From Tubiluchus corallicola (lineage: Eukaryota; Animalia; Priapulida): a stretch of DNA of 36,999 bases. Location of the stretch: NCBI GenBank assembly GCA_030141605.1, contig JAQGDQ010001197.1, forward strand, positions 1-36,999, given 5' to 3'. The first letter of the stretch is position 1, and each line of letters begins with the position of its first letter. The position numbers and the translations under genes were made by a program. The notes under the pieces are model-generated. The model saw only the letters and a list, made by a program, of their open reading frames with translations. It was not told the DNA's origin and ran no database searches. Positions 1 to 12,919 of the stretch are shown here, in pieces.

Positions 1-455
1 AGTATGCACACATGCACACACTCACAGTATACACACATGCACACACTCACAGTATACACACATGCACACACTCACAGTATGCACACATGCACACACTCAC
101 AGTATACACACATGCACACACTCACAGTATACACACATGCACACACTCACAGTATACACACATGCATACACTTTACAGTATACACACACATGCACACACT
201 CACAGTATACACACATGCACACACTCACAGTATACACACATGCACGCACTCACAGTATACACACATGCGCACACTCACAGTATACACACATGCACACACT
301 CACAGTATACACACATGCACACACTCACAGTATACACACATGCACACACTCACAGTATACACACATGCACACACTCACAGTATACACACATGCACACGCT
401 TTACACACATGCACACGCTTTACAGTTTACACACATGCACAAATTTTACAGTATA
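1..455. repeat. 25-bp minisatellite (AGTATACACACATGCACACACTCAC), ~17 copies, truncated by the window start
   Basis: AGTAT recurs at 1, 26, 51...; the array degenerates after ~400. Confidence 0.95.
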
Positions 456-1167
456 CAAATGTACACGAGGAAGAGAAGAAAAAACAGTGAAAGAACAAAA
501 ACAGATGTAAAGAAAAGAGAAGTAAAGATGAAATGCTGACGGAAAAAAGGTAAATAGAAAAACGCATAAGAGGAGAAAGAGAAAATGGTAGCTAGGTTTT
601 GTGTGACACATATAACTACTGTATTTTTGTAGCTTTAATTTCAGGTTATACACACCTGAAAGACTTTTCAGCCAAAGAAACTGATGAATTGAAATCAAAT
701 ATTCTCTCAAATTGTCATCTTGAATTAGCAGAATCTCGTTATTTCCTAATTTAGGAACTAATTCTTTGAGAATTGTTGAATAATCCTTTTTATTTCTACT
801 CGTTTCTTTATTACTCGACTTTTGCATGGCAACTGTCATACTAATCCATAGCTGGAAATAAATTCATTCTTAACTAAAGTGGATTTTAAAATGATACAAC
901 ATAATTATTACTGCCTGAAAGCAAACTTCTAGCCGTACTTAGCTTCACTGCGCAAACTGTAAACACGAAATGTTATAAAACATGTTGACGGAAATGATTT
1001 CACATTTGCGGAAGTGACCAGTCAGAATAAGGTACATCTTGGGGATATTTTAGAAGTTGTTAAAGGTGTTTTCAGATTTACTCACTGTGTTGAGCCTCAG
1101 AAGTTGAGAATGGCACTAGTTTTTCATGCCTCGAATTAGAGGCATATTTTGTGAGGTGTTATGCAGC

Positions 1168-1250
1168 GTGATAATTGTAATCATTGCACCTGCTATAACA
1201 GGTCTTCGCTGTGATAATTGTAATCATTGCACCTGCTATAACAGGTCTTC
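1168..1250. repeat. Tandem duplication, 43-bp period
   Basis: GTGATAATTGTAATCATTGCACCTGCTATAACAGGTCTTC occurs at 1168 and 1211. Confidence 0.9.
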
Positions 1251-2146
1251 TATCCGCTTGTCATCATCGACGTCATCCTCGTTCTGTCGACGGGGTTGTT
1301 AATCTGATCAATAATTTAAAATTTTGGTCAAGATTGTCACAGTGCCGGTGTCCGAAAAATACAAAACAAGTTTTAGTCACGGTCGAGTGCAAAGGACTCC
1401 GCCCGAAATACGCAGGAAAATAAAATTCTGTTTCAATTTTGCCGTTAACAGCATTCATTAAATTAGTTATGAGGTGTAAAAAAAATAAAAATGAAATTTC
1501 AAACATCATCTGGGCTCTGGACAGTGAAATGGAAGATAAGAATTTTTATTCTCCTGCGTTTACGAAACAGATTGTTGCTCAATTAGTATGCGAGCGGGTA
1601 CCAGCAGCAACTCAAGAGCAACATTCTGAAATTCTTGCAATAAAATTCTATTGTGAATTGCTGTATGTAATTTGCTGTAATTGTACGATTATCACGTAAT
1701 TGTTCAAGAGTGGTAAATTTTTGTGATGCCCTGAAACTGCTTTTTATAGCAATTCACTGAATAATATCTGAGAAAATCACCATTTGTTATGTTAATCAGC
1801 AATCAGCATTAACAACTGTTTTAATGTAATCATTATCATTGTCACCATTACCATAATCATCATGATCATGATCATAATCATCATCATGCTCGTCGGCGGC
1901 GGCTGCGGCCGCGTCGCCATCGTCATCATTGTCGTTAGCAGCAGCAGCAATCTTTATCACCAACGTTCGTCATCATTGTCTATATTTTCAACACGGTTGA
2001 GTTGTACAATTGGCTATTGACTGTAGGACATCTACTGTAGTATATCTTACTACTTACTCTTGAAAGTAATCTCTGTTATACAGTTATAGATTCATTATTT
2101 GCAGCAGACAAGTTGCTCTCTGAGCTTATGTTAATTGTTCATCCAA

Positions 2147-2273
<127 letters not shown>

Positions 2274-2347
2274 ACTATCTTGCAGTGCTGGGACTTATAA
2301 AAACCTGATTTGTACAATAACATTCCAAATAATGTAAAAATAAAAAT

Positions 2348-2561
2348 GTATTTATATTAAAACGGTCTTTCAATAAAAAATTTTTCAAAGGCGCTGTACA
2401 AACAAAAGTATTTAGATAAAATACTAAAAAACTATAATACAATTAGACATGTGTATAGACAAAAAAATCTGCAAAACACTCGCCCTTTATATGTTAAAAC
2501 ACTGCATTAAAACATGAGTTTTCGGCTTCCTTTAAGAAAGAATTTAAATTTGAGCCAATTC
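2348..2561 (-). mobile_element. Degenerate LINE (L2/CR1-group-like) ORF2 C-terminus and 3' tail, distal part
   Basis: The minus strand reads RIGSNLNSF, then after a frameshift RKPKTHV, matching the xxSLxxFKxxLKTHLF ending. It is followed by TGTACAGCGCCTTTGA...TATAAATA, which resembles L2 tails. The preceding motif WHKLPTE lies at ~3963-3983, across the foldback element. Confidence 0.55.
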
Positions 2562-3958
2562 TACATAGCCCGTGAAGGGACATGGTGAAAAAATTTCAAT
2601 TTGTATGATCTGTGCGAACGAAATACTAATCCATGTGCACGAAATACTGATCCGTGTGCACGAAATACTAATCCATGTGCACGAAATACTAATCCGTGTG
2701 CACGAATACTAATGCGTGTGCACGAAATACTAATCCGTGTGCACGAAATACTAATCCGTGTTCACGAAATACTAATCCGTGTGCACGAAATACTAATCCG
2801 TGTGAACGAAATACTAATCCGTGTGCACGAAATACTAATCCCTGTGCACGAAATACTAATCCATGTGCACGAAATACTAATCCGTGTGCACGAAATACTA
2901 ATCCGTGTGCACGAAATACTAATCCATGTGCAAGAAATACTAATCCGTGCGCAAGAAATACTAATCCGTGGTCACAAATGACTAATTCGTGTGCACAGAT
3001 TCAGATTAATGTTTGACAACTGCTACAAGTAGCTACACCTCGCTTTATATCAGTTTTAAGAAAAGCTGAGTTAAACAAAATAGTTAGACTAACCAATGTG
3101 CGCAGTATCAGTTGCATATTTCTAGTCCAATGTGGTTTACCCTATTTTGCTCTGCATAACAGAAATTATTATTACCCCACTTTTACCCTAAATACCAAGT
3201 GCCAGGTAGAGCAACAGCAGGTACTATTTTTAAAATCGTTGGTATGACCCGGCCGCAGTACTAAACTCAGAACCTCCAAGGCAGAAAAACGGCGCGTTAC
3301 AATTAGAAAAACCATCTGGTCATGCAGTAGAATCGTCTGGTTCTACGAGTTATGAGAGGTATGAGTAACTCAATGTTAATCTTTTTCGCCTCTATGTGGT
3401 AGCCTTTAAAAGCCAAGGTACGCGTCTACGCCATTAGCTCCTACAAATTAATGATTCATAATTCATTTTTTTGTGTGAATAAAAATGTGAAATTACAATA
3501 CATAGAAAAGCGTGTATTCTGCAAATCATAAAAAACAACTAATTTGCATTTCATTACAGAGTTACAAAGTAACTACACAGTAACTACAAATCACACTGTT
3601 GCTGATCACACTGTAGAATCAAAATTAAAAATATCTCCTAGATCGCCTAAGCTTTTATTATACTAGTTTTTCGCGTTGAATATTTAATGCATATTGTCAT
3701 AATGCTCAATGCATAGAATAATATTAATAATGCAATAGTACCCTTAACAAGTTAAATTTCACATTACTCAGTTCAGCGGATTGGTAATTCGTGGCCACGA
3801 ATTAGTATTTCTTGCACATGGATTAGTATTTCTTGCACATGGATTAGTATTATGTGCGCACGGATTAGTAGCTCGTACACACGGATTAGTAGCTCGTACG
3901 CACGGATTAGTATTTCGTGAATTAAATTTTCTCACTATGTCCCTTCGGGGGCTCCCTA
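2562..3958. mobile_element. Foldback-type non-autonomous DNA transposon with inverted arrays of 21-bp subterminal repeats
   Basis: The left end TACATAGCCCGTGAAGGGACATGGTGAAAAAATTT matches the reverse complement of the right end, TAGGGAGCCCCCGAAGGGACATAGTGAGAAAATTT. About 18 copies of CACGAAATACTAATCCGTGTG lie at ~2615-2997 and about 6 inverted copies at ~3780-3919. Confidence 0.8.
3186..3310 (-). mobile_element. Degenerate tRNA-derived SINE with Meta-like core, inside the foldback element
   Basis: Minus strand GGCCGGGTCATACCAACGATTTTAAAAATAGTACCTGCTGTTGCTCTACCTGGCACTTGG resembles the MetaSINE central domain as I recall it (CATACCAAAGACTTTAAAAATGGTACC...TGGCAC). The head is eroded. Confidence 0.6.
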
Positions 3959-4584
3959 CGATTCAGTTGGTAGCTTATGCCAAAACAAAATACGAACGTA
4001 AGTGCTTACCCTTATTCTTATATCTTAGATTATATTGTTCAATGATTTTTCATTGATTTTAGTCTCCAGTTACTTCAGTTAGTCCTAGCAGACGCCATAT
4101 AGCGCAAAACTTTGACTAAACGTTAAGCCATCTTGGATTTTTGCAAAGCTTAAACTGTGGCAGCCGCCATGGAGCGTGATTGAGATGTTTGCAAATAAAC
4201 CGACACGCAAGTAACTATTGCTCAGTAAACAGAGTTGGGAAAAGCGACACCTGTTGACAAAGATCGAAAATTCCCTTGATCAGCAACGAATTTTTATACC
4301 TCGTCTTATTGGTACAAAGATTTATTTTAAGGAATATTGACCTATATATCATTGAAGTGTTTAAGAGACTAAGTGTTCCTAATATCAATATAATATTGAA
4401 TTGAACTGACGATGAGATTTGAGGTAAAAAAGAGCAACTTACAAGGCGGTTGTAAAGTTTCGAAACTCATCCGCTAGTGAAAGCGTGACATCACCCACCG
4501 ATCTAAAACTGTTGTGTTGTAACTCTCTGAAAGTAATAATTATATTTAAAAGTTAATGACTAAATGTAACATCTATTTTGTGTA

Positions 4585-4745
4585 GTCAGTCAGTCAGTCA
4601 GTCAGTCAGGCAGTCAGTCAGTCAGTCAGTCAGTCAGTCAGTCAGTCAGTCAGTCAGTCAGTCAGTCAGTCAGTCAGTCAGTCAGTCAGTCAGTCAGTCA
4701 GTCAGTCAGTCAACCAGTCAGTCAACCAGTCAGTCAATCAGTCTC
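4585..4745. repeat. (CAGT)n microsatellite
   Basis: Tetranucleotide run with a degenerate 3' end. Confidence 0.97.
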
Positions 4746-4998
4746 TCAGTCAGGTAGGCTGTCTGTCTGTCTATCAATCGTCTGATTATTATTCGGGTGG
4801 TCAGTCAATTAGTCGGTCAATTAATCTATAAGCACAATAATTATAGCAAAGTTAATAAAATGTTTCTGCCATAGTCTTTCGTGTTGTGGTCCAAAATGAC
4901 ACAGTTATAATTATTATTATTATTTTTATAGCGCAACATTTGATTGGCCATGGGAAAAATGCGCAAAATTTTTACCATCTACTGTTTGAGCAGAACTA

Positions 4999-5453
4999 CC
5001 GTATTTTCCCGTCTATAAGAGACCCTTTTTTGCTCAGAATTTTCACTTTAAAAATAGGGGGTCTCTTATACATGGGAGTAAGTCTTTTCAATAAGATGCA
5101 TAAATTGTGACACTAATGATTTTAAAGAAATAAGTGCTCTACAACTGTTTTGCGTGTCGCGTTCGACTATGAAGCGGTTGTAAGCAATACAAGCATCATG
5201 ACACGGGCATTATCTCCTCGTTTTCTCTTTTCCTGTTACAGGTTTGCAGGTACGCACTTTAATATATACCAGTACTCTTTTTCTACAACACATTAACTGG
5301 TTTTATTTTGTTTTCAGTACCGCACTGAGTTGAAAAAAGTTGTACTTTACCCTCTAAAAATGTCCGTCTGAAAAAACTTTTTTCCAGAATTTTTGCCTAA
5401 AAATTGAAGGGGTCTCTTATACAAAAGGGTCTCTTATACACGGGAAAATACGG
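4999..5453. mobile_element. Tc1/mariner-superfamily (pogo/Tc2-like) MITE, 455 bp, TA target-site duplication
   Basis: TA-CCGTATTTTCCCGTCTATAAGAGACCC ... GGGTCTCTTATACACGGGAAAATACGG-TA: 27-bp TIR with 1 mismatch and TA on both sides. Extra GGGTCTCTTATAC subterminal copies at ~5059 and ~5410. Confidence 0.88.
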
Positions 5454-5757
5454 TATTTGTGTTTACCTAGTTCACTTACAGTTTAATATTCTCTGAAATA
5501 GTGAAGTTTTCAAAGGAGTTTCCTGGCAGCTTCTTTAGCAAAGAGTTTCTCAAAAAACTGCAACAAAAGATGAACGGAAATTAGGTGTCGGGTGCGCAAA
5601 CAGTGAATAATAATAAAATCTGTGGAATTATTAAGCTTCTACGTACAATTATAGCAATAATAGAAAGCTCTTGAAAAGAGTGTCGGATTTGGTGAACAAC
5701 TTGCCATTTAGAAATAAGGACTAAAAATTAGAAGCTAAAGCAGTAAAACAGCTCTAG

Positions 5758-6166
<409 letters not shown>

Positions 6167-6843
6167 TTTTAGTGAAGTATATTATCGAATCAGAGTACAA
6201 AAGCAGTGTTTTCCTGTTCTTACAAAGCAGATAATTATAACGCCAGACTTCACGATCGTAGGTGCAATTTATTGCCAACAAGCATCGTTTAAGCGAGCAG
6301 AGCATAAAGCTTTATTATTATGGAGCCCTAATTGGACGTCTTGAAAAGAACGCCTCTATTGCATTCCAAATTGACGTGATTGTACGTTGTGCTGATGAGG
6401 CAGATCAGTGCGTCGCTGAACACTGTGATTTAAGCGAAAACATGAAGTCTGTCCTAAGTAAATGATCAACGTGGTTAGAACAAGTAACCCTGTAGGCATC
6501 AGGTATGTCGGGGAAATGTCCAATACTGTACGGTAAGAAATGGTGAGGCTCAGAAATTAACGCTTCTAAAACGTCAATGAATATAATCAGTAAAACGCGT
6601 AGAGTGTCGACAGTAAATAAAGGTCACAATAGAATAATTGTGATTTCGCGTGTGGTATGTGTTGTGCTTAACATATTAATATCTCAACATAAAGCACAGT
6701 GCAACTCACAAGATTTTTCGTTGATATTTACCTGCTGGTGCCTTCGATGTAATTCAATTCAAATTTTTATTTTTGTAACTAGGACCATATGAAATACAAA
6801 TACAATACTAAAATAAAATACAATGAAATAAAAATTACAAGAG

Positions 6844-6846
<3 letters not shown>

Positions 6847-6913
<67 letters not shown>
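6847..6913. repeat. (TA)n microsatellite
   Basis: Dinucleotide run. Confidence 0.97.
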
Positions 6914-7081
6914 CAGGGTTAGCAAATTAAAAGCTAAACAAATTTTAGATGTTAATTATGTAATAATAGGTTCCATTTCACAAAAAAGCAAGAATTGCCA
7001 AGTCTTAATAATATCTCAAGGGTTAATAATATCTGTCTTATCCGTTTGTCCTTAATCTTTCTATGTGAATCTTTGTCTGGT

Positions 7082-7561
7082 GGTACTTCACACGGCAGCT
7101 CAAAACGTTTTCACCTAGTAGTTTTAAAGTCGTTTTAGGAAGCAATTTGAAACAATTTTTAAACAGTTTTGCAGTAAAATCGTTTGAGCGCGTGACGTAA
7201 GCAATGCATACAAGAGCGTCCTCTGAATGTTTGTTTCAAAACTGCACAGAAAGCGTGCGAACTGAGCGCATGCGCAAAGTTGAGTAAAATGGGTATACAT
7301 TTTGCACTTTTTTCACACGCTAAACTTTCACACGTTCATTGGACAAACAAGCAGAAGACACGTGGTTATCAATGTTGATGTCACATCTTTCAAAGGATTT
7401 TGCTGCAAAAATGTTTGAAAACAGCGTTTCAAGCTGCCTCCCAAGCTGCCTCCCAAGCGGATTCAAAGTGGTTTGGTGAAAACACATTCAAAAGTGTTGG
7501 TCTGCAGCGTGTACATTGAAACCCGTTTTAAAATTCTTTACATTTGCAGTGTGAAAAGAGC
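7082..7561. mobile_element. Degenerate MITE with long imperfect inverted arms (PIF/Harbinger-like ends)
   Basis: Ends GGTACTTCACACGGCA and TGCAGTGTGAAAAGAGC. The arm TTTTCACC...TTTGAAACAATTTTTAAACAGTTTTGCAGTAAAATC (~7108-7180) is mirrored by GATTTTGCTGCAAAAATGTTTGAAAAC...GGTGAAAA (~7396-7482). Central GCGCATGCGC. Confidence 0.6.
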
Positions 7562-7613
7562 ATTAGAAAATTCCCACTTTCCACTGGGGTTTGCAATTGC
7601 ATGCTGTATATTT

Positions 7614-8947
7614 TGTATACACCTTGCACACATGCCAAGTGTGTACACCTTGCACACATGCCGGCTGTATACACCTTGCACACATGCCAAGTGTGCACAC
7701 CTTGCACACATGCCGAGCGTATACACCTTGCACGCATGCCGAGTGTATACACCTTGCACACATGCCGAGTGTATACACCTTGCACACATGCCGAGTGTGC
7801 ACACCTTGCACACATGCCGAGTGTGTACACCTTGCACGCATGCCGAGTGTATACACCTTGCACGCATGCCGAGTGTATACACCTTGCACGCATGCCGAGT
7901 GTGTACACCTTGCACGCATGCCGAGTGTATACACCTTGCACGCATGCCGAGTGTATACACCTTGCACGCATGCCGAGTGTATACACCTTGCACGCATGCC
8001 GAGTGTATACACCTTGCACGCATGCCGAGTGTATACACCTTGCACGCATGCCGAGTGTATACACCTTGCACACATGACGAGTGTATACACCTTGCACGCA
8101 TGCCGAGTGTATACACCTTGCACACATGCCGAGTGTATACACTTTGCACGCATGCCGAGTGTGCACACCTTGCACACATGCCGAGTGTATACACCTTGCA
8201 CACATGCCGAGTGTGTACACCTTGCACACATGCCGAGTGTGTACACCTTGCACGCATGCCGAGTGTATACACCTTGCACGCATGCCGAGTGTGTACACCT
8301 TGCACGCATGCCGAGTGTATACACCTTGCACGCATGCCGAGTGTATACACCTTGCACACATGCCGAGTGTATACACCTTGCACGCATGCCGAGTGTATAC
8401 ACCTTGCACGCATGCCGAGTGTATACACCTTGCACGCATGCCGAGTGTGCACACCTTGCACACATGCCGAGTGTGCACACCTTGCACGCATGCCGAGTGT
8501 ATACACCTTGCACGCATGCCGAGTGTATACACCTTGCACACATGACGAGTGTATACACCTTGCACACATGCCGAGTGTGCACACCTTGCACACATGCCGA
8601 GTGTATACACCTTGCACGCATGCCGAGTGTATACACCTTGCACGCATGCCGAGTGTATACACCTTGCACACATGCCGAGTGTGCACACCTTGCACACATG
8701 CCGAGTGTATACACCTTGCACACATGCCGAGTGTGCACACCTTGCACACATGCCGAGTGTGCACACCTTGCACACATGCCGAGTGTATACACCTTGCACA
8801 CATGCCGAGTGTGTACACCTTGCACGCATGCCGAGTGTGTACACCTTGCACGCATGCCGAGTGTATACACCTTGCACACATGCCGAGTGTATACACCTTG
8901 CACACATGACGAGTGTATACACCTTGCACACATGCCGAGTGTGTACA
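7614..8947. repeat. 26-bp minisatellite (GAGTGTATACACCTTGCACRCATGCC), ~51 copies
   Basis: GAGT recurs at 7741, 7767...; the near-absence of stop codons produces spurious ORFs in all six frames. Confidence 0.97.
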
Positions 8948-9429
8948 TATCTTAGTAAAGATAATCATTATTGGTAAAAATTTGTTGTAGGCTACAATGA
9001 TTTGCTTAAAAGTTCTTAAGCTTGTTACAGTTGAACTAGTTTACGTTTATGTAAGAAAGTATCCGTTTTATTTAACCACTTAATAGCGGTCTAAATAAGA
9101 GACTTTACACCATTATCAATATTGATTATCTTTATATTTATATTAGACTATTTATTTAATTCGGTCATAAATTACAAGTACATTTACAATTATAATTACA
9201 AAAAATATCTAAAATATATTCATTAAGAAACAAATACGAGTGTAAAACAATTCATTCAGTCGACGTGTATCATTTTTACCATCATTTTGAATGTGCGGTC
9301 TTGTTTCAGTTGTATATAGCTAAACGCCTGAACTAAACGAATGTCAAATATATAGTCAAACACATAGTCCAAAGACAACACCATAAGTAGCCCAATACAT
9401 ATTTCCAACGTGGTCCAGGTTATTATTAG

Positions 9430-9572
9430 TCGCACGTTACTTCGATAAACCCGCGTGCTTGGTTGAAGAACCAGCGTACCATTTTTTGAGTCTTTGGTAC
9501 GCCACGGTTGGCAATTGAAACCTTGACCTTCTTGATGCGAAGCGAGCACGCTACCATTGAGCTACACCTGCC
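9430..9572 (-). mobile_element. tRNA(Ala-like)-derived SINE with Meta-like core
   Basis: Minus strand GGCAGGTGTAGCTCAATGGTAGCGTGCTCGCTTCGCATCAAGAAGGTCAAGGTTTCAATTGCC has an A box, a CTTCGCAT anticodon-loop-like segment and a degenerate B box. It is followed by CGTACCAAAGACTCAAAAAATGGTACG instead of a tRNA acceptor 3' strand. Confidence 0.72.
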
Positions 9573-9651
9573 AAGATGTCTGAGTTCAGAATACATTTTA
9601 CATAGAAGTTTCGTGAATTTTGTAACCATAACATCCAAGTAAGGGATATTG

Positions 9652-10284
9652 TCTAGTATTGTAATCGCACTGTATTTACCTGACAATGTTTAGCACTGTA
9701 ATCGCACTGCATTTACCTGACAATGTTTAGTACTGTAATCGCACTGTATTTACCTGACAATGTTTAGCACTGTAATCGCACTGTATTTACCGGACAATGT
9801 TTAGCACTGTAATCGCACTGCATTTACCTGACAATGTTTAGTACTGTAATCGCACTGCATTTACCTGACAATGTTTAGTACTGTAATCGCACTGTATTTA
9901 CCTGACAATGTTTAGCACTGTAATCGCACTGCATTTACCTGACAATGTTTAGTACTGTAATCGCACTGTATTTACCTGACAATGTTTAGCACTGTAATCG
10001 CACTGCATTTACCTGACAATGTTTAGTACTGTAATCGCACTGTATTTAATTGACAATGTTTAGCACTGTAATCGCACTGCATTTACCTGACAATGTTTAG
10101 TACTGTAATCGCACTGCATTTACCTGACAATGTTTAGTACTGTAATCGCACTGTATTTACCTGACAATGTTTAGCACTGTAATCGCACTGCATTTACCTG
10201 ACAATGTTTAGCGTGTAATTACACTGCATTTACCGGACAATGTTTAACACTGCAATCACACTGTATTTACCGACTAATGTCTAG
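9652..10284. repeat. 37-bp minisatellite (TGTAATCGCACTGYATTTACCTGACAATGTTTAGYAC), ~17 copies
   Basis: GTAATC recurs at 9661, 9698... Confidence 0.96.
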
Positions 10285-10789
10285 ATCAAAGTAAGCTGCT
10301 AAGATAACTAGAAGATTTTGAATTAACGTTTCATGCTCTGTGTTGGAACGTTGGAAAGAATCATCGGAACACCGAGTTGAGTCACTTTGCAACTCATATT
10401 TCGCAAAATCAATATTTATAGGTGAAATCTAAAAATCTTCATATTGCAAAAAACCCACTGAAATCTCGGCTGTTATCACAAGACATAATGCGCTTTTTCT
10501 CGTTTCTTGCATCAATAACGCGTGAAGTAAATATTGTGTACACGGAAATTTTGAGCTTGGAAATGATATTTGCGAGTCACTGAATTGGGTGCTGGAAATA
10601 CTGCTCACGTATGTTAGTAGAATGATTTGTAATGAACACATGTAGTCACAATAAACCACTCAGAACATCTCGATTCTGCTTGAATCTTTTAGCTAAGTTG
10701 TTTTTGGAATTTATAAAGCAATGAACAAATAATTTCCGAAACAAGCAGAAATATTCTGTTTGAAATCGGGTAGTTTTGTTGGTTGATGC

Positions 10790-11566
10790 TGAAAAGTTAT
10801 GAAACACTGAAGTTTCACCATTCATCCAATAAATAGAAGCATGAAAAGTTATGAAACACTGAAGTTTCACCATTCATCCAATAAATAGAAGCATGAAAAG
10901 TTATGAAACACTGAAGTTTCACCATTCATCCAATAAATAGAAGCATGAAAAGTTATGAAACACTGAAGTTTCACCGTTCATCCAATAAATAGAAGCATGA
11001 AAAGTTATGAAACACTGAAGTTTCACCATTCATCCAATAAATAGAAGCTGAAAAGTTATGAAACACTGAAGTTTCACCATTCATCCAATAAATAGAAGCA
11101 TGAAAAGTTATGAAACACTGAAGTTTCACCATTCATCCAATAAATAGAAGCTGAAAAGTTATGAAACACTGAAGTTTCACCATTCATCCAATAAATAGAA
11201 GCTGAAAAGTTATGAAACACTGAAGTTTCGCCATTCATCCAATAAATAGAAGCTGAAAAGTTATGAAACACTGAAGTTTCACCGTTCATCCAATAAATAG
11301 AAGCATGAAAAGTTATGAAACACTGAAGTTTCACCGTTCATCCAATAAATAGAAGCATGAAAAGTTATGAAACACTGAAGTTTCACCATTCATCCAATAA
11401 ATAGAAGCATGAAAAGTTATGAAACACTGAAGTTTCACCGTTCATCCAATAAATAGAAGCATGAAAAGTTATGAAACACTGAAGTTTCACCGTTCATCCA
11501 ATAAATAGAAGCATGAAAAGTTATGAAACACTGAAGTTTCACCATTCATCCAATAAATAGAAGCAT
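10790..11566. repeat. 51/52-bp minisatellite, ~15 copies
   Basis: Unit TGAAAAGTTATGAAACACTGAAGTTTCACCATTCATCCAATAAATAGAAGC(A); GAAACAC at 10801 and 10853. Confidence 0.96.
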
Positions 11567-11663
11567 ACTTAATAGGCGCTAATAGTAATGCTTTATATAT
11601 TGCTACAACAGTTTTCAAATTTAATCCTTTGTAATCTAATGAACATTTGTTTTTAATACAAAA

Positions 11664-12295
11664 CTATGTGCTCCAAACAAATTTTTTAACTGATTCAACG
11701 TGCTTTGCAAAATTCATATTCTTATCAATTACAACATCTAACATAGTGCTGCAGTCAACATTACAGATATCTTTGTTACTAGTTTTTAGGTCACTTGTCT
11801 GACTGAGGATGCGTTCATCCCAACCAATAGGTATAAGCTCTGTTTTATTAGGAGAGGTGTTTATATCTAGTCTCCACTTACGACACCACAAATAAATTTC
11901 AGCGCAACACTTTGTGCTACAGTATAGCAATTGTCAGAGGTTTCCTCACCTACAACAATTATCGGTAAAACTTATAAACATCAATATTATTAGTAATCAT
12001 TTTAATAACATCAAACGTACTTGAAACATATACAATAAACAAGAGGGGCAAAATTTCAGAGCCTTGTGGGGTTCCAATGCTACACTTAACGTCACCAGAC
12101 AAACATTTACCTATTTTCAGATTTACAGTTCTATTGTAGAGGAAGTCCTTTATTAAACTAAGGAAGTTTTCTTTGATGTTTGCTTGAAGTAGTTGATATG
12201 GCACCACCCGCTATGACGTCTGCTTGAAGTAGTTGATATGGCACCACCCGCTATCAAATGCCTTTTTGAAGTCACAGCAGACAGCCAGAGACAGG
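11664..12295 (-). mobile_element. Decayed non-LTR retrotransposon (LINE) reverse-transcriptase fragment
   Basis: Ordered RT motifs across frameshifts: LAVCCDFKKAFDSGW, FLYNRTVNLKIG, GTPQGSEILPLLFIVYV, a broken KFADD-like segment, WCRKWRLDINTSPNKTELI and LDVVIDKNMNFAKHV. A 40-bp-period tandem duplication lies at 12181-12254. Clade not resolved. Confidence 0.88.
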
Positions 12296-12919
12296 AGAAT
12301 GAAAAAGAGAGACACGCAGATAGAGAAGCAATCAAATATCATGCACTCACTTTTATTCACTCACAGCGATTATGTTCTTTCACATCTTTCACATTCACAG
12401 GGCAAACCTGATCCAGTCGTATATTAAAACACACTATTCGTATGAATGCATCGCAAGGATTATTGCCATTTTGAAAGCAGCAAGCGTTGAATATTACAAA
12501 GCGAGTCGCAATTTCTTTGTTCTTCTAAACTATTCAGAACATAATAAATGCATTCTGGGGAACTTATTGAACGTAAGACCTAGCTTTATTATCAACTTCC
12601 TTTCTTCCAAGTCTTAGATGTAGTAACATTAATGATTGTCCTGATTTAATCAGTCGACACCAGATGGCTGCACGGTGTGTTATCATTTATTTTCTTACAT
12701 GACACGTTTGTTTCTTCTCTCACGACCGGCTCAAACGATACAGTTTAGCCATTGATAAAGTTATATACCAACTAACTGAACCTCGAAATTAGACGTTTGT
12801 ACAATTTGACGTTTAAAGAGTGTCTATTCAAAGGAGTAAAAATGGTTTCAAAATTAGTATAAATCTCAAGTATAGTAAAACTAATGCAAGCTTTTTTGTT
12901 TATCCAAGGAAATAACATA

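Noticed and set aside
4-539. His/Thr-rich ORFs
   Set aside because: Translations of the 25-bp array; the period is not a multiple of 3.
681-700. CTGATGA...GAAA hammerhead-like core (similar partial cores at ~6392, ~13997 and ~23852)
   Set aside because: I could not build stem II, the GAAA spacing and the flanking stems together at any of these sites.
6912-6935. TA-CAGGG mariner-like end, with CCCTG-TA at ~25330
   Set aside because: 18 kb apart, no extended TIR match and no transposase; at most separate relics.
7473-8977. 450-480 aa Cys/His-rich ORFs resembling zinc-finger or metal-binding proteins
   Set aside because: Open in all six frames because the 26-bp unit lacks stops; no codon-level constraint.
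9500-9572. tRNA-Ala gene
   Set aside because: Degenerate B box, no acceptor-stem 3' strand, and it continues into a SINE core.
10790-11566. CRISPR-like array (GAAAC/GTTTCA hairpin)
   Set aside because: Units are head-to-tail with no unique spacers; no cas genes; eukaryotic context.
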